A stretch of 48,677 nucleotides of DNA, from the NCBI GenBank assembly GCA_000998275.1, contig LCDA01000006.1, forward strand, positions 1 to 48,677, in the 5' to 3' direction. This DNA comes from Candidatus Collierbacteria bacterium GW2011_GWA2_42_17 (GTDB taxonomy: Bacteria; Patescibacteriota; Microgenomatia; UBA1400; MFAQ01). Made by a program: the position numbers and the translations under genes. Position 1 is the stretch's first letter. Every line of letters begins with the position of its first letter. The notes under the pieces were generated by a model. The model had not been told where the DNA came from. It ran no database searches and was given only the letters and a program-made list of their open reading frames with translations. Below, one piece after another: positions 44,497 to 48,677 of this stretch.

Positions 44497-45419
44497 TAAG
44501 CGGCAATCGCAACCCCAATTGTATTTTGGGCGTATACACACCCCCAGACGTACTCACCTCCCGCAAGCAAAGATCTATGCCCCAAGGTATTTTCCCAGGC
44601 AACCACGGCTTCGGTGGGTGTTGGATAACCTTGTATCAAGTACTCACTGATATTATATTTTTCCGATATCCACTTTAGATCTTCTCTATTCAGTACCGGC
44701 ACAAAACCTTCATGTCCATCCAATCTTCCCAATGTCAACAGTTGATTAAGTCTTATTGACGCAATGGTACAGAGTTCATCTCTCTGTTTTAGCGGATTCA
44801 CGCCCATTTCCACCCGTCTTTTGTTTATTGCCTCCCAAAGCTCAAGACCTCCCCAAGTAATCTTTGGTGTTGCCGGTTGTTTAACAACTGTTCTTGGAGA
44901 AGCCAAAAGAATATAGACATCAACTCTATCAACACTATTTTTAATGGCCACTCCCACATCGCGAAAACTAGGATGGTTTAAGGTCTCGCTGGTAGTTTTA
45001 TCGTTGTTCCAGTAAGCGACAATGTCATTACTTTTGAAAAAACCGGTTACTATTAACTCTCCAACCAAATTAGCGGTATAGCCTGCGTTTAACAACGCCT
45101 TTTCTCTGGTAATTCCCGTCACTGAGCCATCGACGTCGTTTTCCGACAGTATCACAGACAGTCTGGATTTTGCTGATTGGTCGAGCTTGGTGCTTCCCTT
45201 GAGCTTGGTCAAACCCTTTTTCTCACGAGCAGTATTTATTTTTAATAGTAACTCCTCTGCTGTCCAGTCGGCAATAAAATCTGCGCCCCGTTCTCTTTGA
45301 ATATAAAAACGCTGAGATGTCAGATCGGAAAAAAGACTTTTAAAATCGGTACCCCTAAGGAAAAAATAACCTATCGCCCCCATCACCAAAATTACCAAAA
45401 ACGTAACGATTTTTTTCAC
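44493..45419 (-). CDS. membrane-anchored protein with two CAP/SCP-like domains
   Basis: N-terminal TM. Two repeats of the form INxxRxxxGLxxLK...A...R (INTAREKKGLTKLKGS.. and INKRRVEMGVNPLKQR..). Confidence 0.5.
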   Translation of the reverse strand: MKKIVTFLVILVMGAIGYFFLRGTDFKSLFSDLTSQRFYIQRERGADFIADWTAEELLLKINTAREKKGLTKLKGSTKLDQSAKSRLSVILSENDVDGSVTGITREKALLNAGYTANLVGELIVTGFFKSNDIVAYWNNDKTTSETLNHPSFRDVGVAIKNSVDRVDVYILLASPRTVVKQPATPKITWGGLELWEAINKRRVEMGVNPLKQRDELCTIASIRLNQLLTLGRLDGHEGFVPVLNREDLKWISEKYNISEYLIQGYPTPTEAVVAWENTLGHRSLLAGGEYVWGCVYAQNTIGVAIAAY

Positions 45420-45466
45420 TACTATCAGTATATAAGAGAAATTGACCGAAGTTGTTATAATAAATT

Positions 45467-45772
45467 ATGAACATTATTTTCAATCCTCAGAAGATGGTCA
45501 TTAGTGACCGTCTAAAAAGAAGAATTGAAACTAAGTTTGAAACAGGTTTGGGAAAATACCTCAAACATTATCAGGAAGATCTCAAAATTGCCTCCCTTTC
45601 CATTGAAAAAGTTTCTCGCTCCGGTTATGAAATCAAGTTTGATATGAATCTGCCCGGCTGCCCGATAAACATTAAAGATACTCACAAGGTGTTGTTGGAC
45701 GGAGTGATTAGAGTCAGGGATAAAGCCAAACGGCAAATCCAAAAATATCTCGAGAAGCTAAGAGGCTATTAA
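45467..45772 (+). CDS. hpf: ribosome hibernation factor (HPF/RaiA, short form)-like protein
   Basis: 101 aa. The pattern M-I-x-F-x-x-x-x-M-x-I-S-D-R-L, the beta-alpha-beta-beta-beta-alpha spacing and a basic C-terminal helix (RDKAKRQIQKYLEKLR) fit this family. Confidence 0.55.
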   Translation: MNIIFNPQKMVISDRLKRRIETKFETGLGKYLKHYQEDLKIASLSIEKVSRSGYEIKFDMNLPGCPINIKDTHKVLLDGVIRVRDKAKRQIQKYLEKLRGY

Positions 45773-45976
45773 TTATTTTTCCAGTGATATTGCTTGCGTT
45801 GGGCACGTCTCTATCGCAAGCTTGACATTTTCCACAACCACCCGGTCGGTTAAATCAGCCTCAGGGTTTTGAGCCGCTTTTCCCTTCTTACCAAACTTGA
45901 CCCCCATAGCTCCTTCGGAAATATCCTCACAGATATTGCATCCGATACATTTGTTTTCATCAACTACAATTTTCAT
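45773..45976 (-). CDS. fdx: small [4Fe-4S]/[3Fe-4S] ferredoxin
   Basis: CIGCNICEDI near the N-terminus and ETCPTQAI near the C-terminus. 67 aa. Confidence 0.85.
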   Translation of the reverse strand: MKIVVDENKCIGCNICEDISEGAMGVKFGKKGKAAQNPEADLTDRVVVENVKLAIETCPTQAISLEK

Positions 45977-46015
45977 AAGCTAAATTGTAACCTGAACTGA
46001 GGATATAATCAAAAC

Positions 46016-46975
46016 ATGGCCAATATCATTAAATGTCCCAACTGCAACGAAGAGATTGAAATTACCGAAGCTCTTAGTCAAACAATTAAGGCGGATTTAG
46101 AAAAAGAACTCACTGAAAAAATAAAGGAGAAGTATGCCGAAGAGTCTTTGAGTAAAACCAAACTTCTAGAAGAAGAACTAAAGACAAAAAATCAAAAACT
46201 GGAAGAAGCCAGAGATGCCGAACTTAAAATAAGACAAGAAAAACTCAAACTGGAAGACGAAAAAAAGTCGTTTGAGTTGGACAAACAACGCCAACTGGAT
46301 GAGGAGAGAAACAAAATCCGTCAGCAAACCCTTCTCGAGGCCAGCGACTCACACAGATTAAAAGATATGGAGAAGGAAAAAATGATTAGTGATCTCAAAA
46401 AAGCTCTTGAAGATGCTCAACTCAAAGCCAATCAGGGTTCCCAACAGCTCCAGGGAGAGGTTTTGGAACTCGACCTCGAAGATTATCTTCGATCTGCCTT
46501 TCCCCTAGATGAAATTAATCCTGTCGGCAAGGGAGTCAGAGGAGCCGATGTTAGTCAGGTGGTGAAAACTAGTCTGGGTACTGTTTGCGGCGTGATTCTC
46601 TGGGAATCAAAAAGAACAAAAGCCTGGGTTGACGACTGGGCCACCAAACTAAAAGCCGACCTACGAGCCTCAAAAGCCAATATTCCGGTAATTGTTACGA
46701 CGGTTTTACCAAAGTCTCTCAAGACAGGTTTTGGTTTTTATGATGGAGTCTGGGTCACCGAACCCGCTTTCACTCAACCGCTCGCCGAGATACTTAGGAA
46801 AAATTTGATTGATGTCGCCAGAGAAAAACATCATGGCAACGATCGAGGCACAAAGGCCGATATGATTTATTCTTATCTAACAAGTGATGCTTTTGTCCAG
46901 CAGATTCAAAACATTATCGAAGTTCACCAAAAATCTCTTCCGTCGGTAAAAGGTTTGGATCTTTTGGAATCTTAA
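46016..46975 (+). CDS. DUF2130-like protein (Zn-ribbon + coiled coil + PD-(D/E)XK-like C-terminal domain)
   Basis: IKCPNCNEEIEI at the N-terminus, a long Lys/Glu coiled coil, and a C-terminal GADVSQVV...VILWESKRTK (D...ExK). Confidence 0.65.
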   Translation: MANIIKCPNCNEEIEITEALSQTIKADLEKELTEKIKEKYAEESLSKTKLLEEELKTKNQKLEEARDAELKIRQEKLKLEDEKKSFELDKQRQLDEERNKIRQQTLLEASDSHRLKDMEKEKMISDLKKALEDAQLKANQGSQQLQGEVLELDLEDYLRSAFPLDEINPVGKGVRGADVSQVVKTSLGTVCGVILWESKRTKAWVDDWATKLKADLRASKANIPVIVTTVLPKSLKTGFGFYDGVWVTEPAFTQPLAEILRKNLIDVAREKHHGNDRGTKADMIYSYLTSDAFVQQIQNIIEVHQKSLPSVKGLDLLES

Positions 46976-48385
46976 CTATATCTTAAGTAGGGCTACTGCA
47001 TTAGTTGAACCTTCTTTGTAGTAACTCTGTCCGTGAATCACTATAATGGTGTCGCCTTTCATCAGCTCTCCCGATTTTACAAGATTGTTAATGGCCGGAT
47101 TCGGAAGCACAAACTCCCCTTCGTGGATATCGGTTCGAATGGCCCTGACTCCGTATGATAGAGATAACTCCTCAACTGTTTTTTGATCTTGAGTCATTGC
47201 GACAACCGGCACCTTTGGACGCAAACGAGAAACAGACTTTGCCGTCAAACCGGATCGGGTAAAAACAAGGATCATCTTAATCTTAATTAATTCTTGATTG
47301 AGTAGTTCTCTGGTTGAGTTAATAATAATATCCGTTTCATTTTTTGGTTCAATTTTAAAATCAATAAGCCGATATGTTTGTTCGTTATACTGGGCAATCT
47401 TTGACATCTCCGCTACCGCGTTTACAGGGTATTTTCCACTGGCAGTTTCTCCGGAAAGCATCAAAGCATCGGTTCCGTCCAGTACGGCATTGGCTACATC
47501 AGTTGCTTCGGCTCTGGTTGGTCTCGGGCTCGAGGTCATTGATTGCAGCATCTGCGTGGCCGTAATTACCGGTTTATTGGCCATCCGGCATTTGGCGATG
47601 ATGGTTTTTTGCCAATAGGCGAGCTGCTCGATCGGAACCTCAATCCCCAGATCACCTCTGGCAACCATCACGGCATCTGTTGCCTCAATTAACTCATCCA
47701 AATTTCGCAATGCCTGGAGACTTTCTATTTTAGCTACAATCATTGCTTTAATTTTTCTCTCCGCCATTTCTTGACGCAAAAGTTCAATGTCCTTTTTTGT
47801 TCTGGAAAAGGACAACGCTACAAAATCGACCCTCTTTGTTGTTGCCATATCCAACCTTTTGAGATCTTCGTGAATTAATGACGGTAAATTCATCTCTACT
47901 CCGGGGAAGTTAACACCCTTCCTATGTCCGATTTCTCCCTCAACACTTGACTCCGCGACGATTAAGTCTTTTTTAACACTGATAATTTCAAGTTCAATTG
48001 CGCCATCATCAATCAGAATATGATCTCCTTTTTTTACGGTACGAAATACTAATTCGTGGGGAATACAAATCGAGTCAACACCCGGAATAAATGAAGGTGT
48101 AATCATCACCCTTTGTCCTTTTTCCACCGGAAAGGGGAGTTTGTCTACGGTTATTAATCGAATCTCCGGTCCTTGTAGATCAATCAGAATGCCAATGTTT
48201 GCCTTCAACTCAGCCGCTATCGTTTGTACTCTATTAATTCGTTCTTCGTGCCATTCTGTAGTTCCGTGCTTAGTATTAAAACGAAAAACATTTACCCCGG
48301 CGTTAATTAATTTTTTAATCGTCTCCGGTGAGTCGCTTGCAGGACCAAGAGTGGCTACAATCTTCGTTAGTCTGTCACTGGTCAT
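46976..48385 (-). CDS. pyk: pyruvate kinase
   Basis: TKIVATLGPAS, NFSHG-like FRFNTKHG, MVARGDLGIEVP and LSGETASGKYP. Confidence 0.96.
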   Translation of the reverse strand: MTSDRLTKIVATLGPASDSPETIKKLINAGVNVFRFNTKHGTTEWHEERINRVQTIAAELKANIGILIDLQGPEIRLITVDKLPFPVEKGQRVMITPSFIPGVDSICIPHELVFRTVKKGDHILIDDGAIELEIISVKKDLIVAESSVEGEIGHRKGVNFPGVEMNLPSLIHEDLKRLDMATTKRVDFVALSFSRTKKDIELLRQEMAERKIKAMIVAKIESLQALRNLDELIEATDAVMVARGDLGIEVPIEQLAYWQKTIIAKCRMANKPVITATQMLQSMTSSPRPTRAEATDVANAVLDGTDALMLSGETASGKYPVNAVAEMSKIAQYNEQTYRLIDFKIEPKNETDIIINSTRELLNQELIKIKMILVFTRSGLTAKSVSRLRPKVPVVAMTQDQKTVEELSLSYGVRAIRTDIHEGEFVLPNPAINNLVKSGELMKGDTIIVIHGQSYYKEGSTNAVALLKI

Positions 48386-48435
48386 AAATTAAGTATATCC
48401 TTCATTAAGTATTGTCGTGATAACATGAGTTTGTC

Positions 48436-48677
48436 ATGTACTATCGTAAAACAAGAAATCTATTTGATCCCGGATCAAGTGACCCAATAAAACTAAGTCG
48501 TTCCAAGATAGAACTTTTCACAACATGTCCCCGTTGTTTCTACATGGACGTCCGTTTGGGCATCTCCCGACCATCGACCCCTCCCTACACTCTAAACTCC
48601 GCCGTCGACAATCTTCTCAAAAACGAATTTGACCTACTTCGAAAGAACGGAGAAGCTCACGAACTCATGAAAAAGTA
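48436..48677 (+). CDS. PD-(D/E)XK nuclease family protein (3' end cut by the window)
   Basis: My own translation from the ATG at 48436 gives MYYRKTRNLFDPGSSDPIKLSRSKIELFTTCPRCFYMDVRLGISRPSTPPYTLNSAVDNLLKNEFDLLRKNGEAHELMKK. The LSRSKI..CPRCFY..LN.AVD.LLK.EFD pattern is typical of a widespread PD-(D/E)XK family. The frame is open to the window end. Confidence 0.6.
   Translation, partial: MYYRKTRNLFDPGSSDPIKLSRSKIELFTTCPRCFYMDVRLGISRPSTPPYTLNSAVDNLLKNEFDLLRKNGEAHELMKK

Noticed and set aside
45456-45469. Possible leaderless transcript for the HPF-like gene (TATAAT at 45456-45461, 5 nt before the ATG at 45467).
   Set aside because: There is no acceptable -35 at the proper spacing: the TTGACC at 45442-45447 is only 8 nt upstream. 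TATAAT-like hexamers are frequent in AT-rich spacers. This is too weak to report as a feature.
1-48677. CRISPR arrays, transposases, integrases, prophage genes, rRNA operons.
   Set aside because: I saw no spaced direct-repeat arrays in any intergenic region. No ORF carries DDE, tyrosine or serine recombinase, or Cas signatures, and there is no rRNA-like sequence. The Cas4-like nuclease is stand-alone.

Overview
This is a compact, gene-dense, moderately AT-rich bacterial chromosome segment. It reads like a Candidate Phyla Radiation (Patescibacteria)-type genome: it has a DUF4012 protein, a stripped-down dcw cluster and many small membrane-anchored hypotheticals, and it uses the standard code with UGA as stop. 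The left third holds DUF4012, recO and glmS preceded by a glmS ribozyme. A minimal division/cell-wall cluster follows (mraZ-rsmH-ftsL-ftsI-dgkA-mraY-ftsW-murG-ftsQ-ftsA-ftsZ) with two small trailing genes. The middle holds NUDIX, TspO, cupin and VanW-like genes, then a ~550-nt non-coding gap. That gap contains an Ile T-box leader and, on the opposite strand, a candidate sRNA delimited by a promoter and a terminator. Next come ileS-rodA, rplU-methyltransferase-rpmA, parB, lepB and tRNA-Val. The right half starts with a ~13-kb block between tRNA-Val and tRNA-Gly. It encodes a secreted LCAT-like lipase and a Wzx/Wzy-type glycan cluster: three GT2, one GT4, a GT-C-like protein, an acyltransferase, a SAM methyltransferase, a B12-binding radical SAM enzyme and an O-antigen-ligase-like protein. 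After it come a CaCA exchanger, a gmk-like kinase, a YgjP-DUF192-PAP2-Cas4-like nuclease operon, a CAP-domain protein, HPF, ferredoxin, DUF2130, pyruvate kinase, and a second PD-(D/E)XK nuclease cut by the window end. I saw no rRNA, CRISPR array, transposase or integrase. No single obviously novel multi-gene system stands out. The most unexplained items are the candidate sRNA, a recurring 16-bp palindrome, the split ftsW, and the radical-SAM-containing glycan island. All protein calls rest on motif recognition in the supplied translations, not on database searches.
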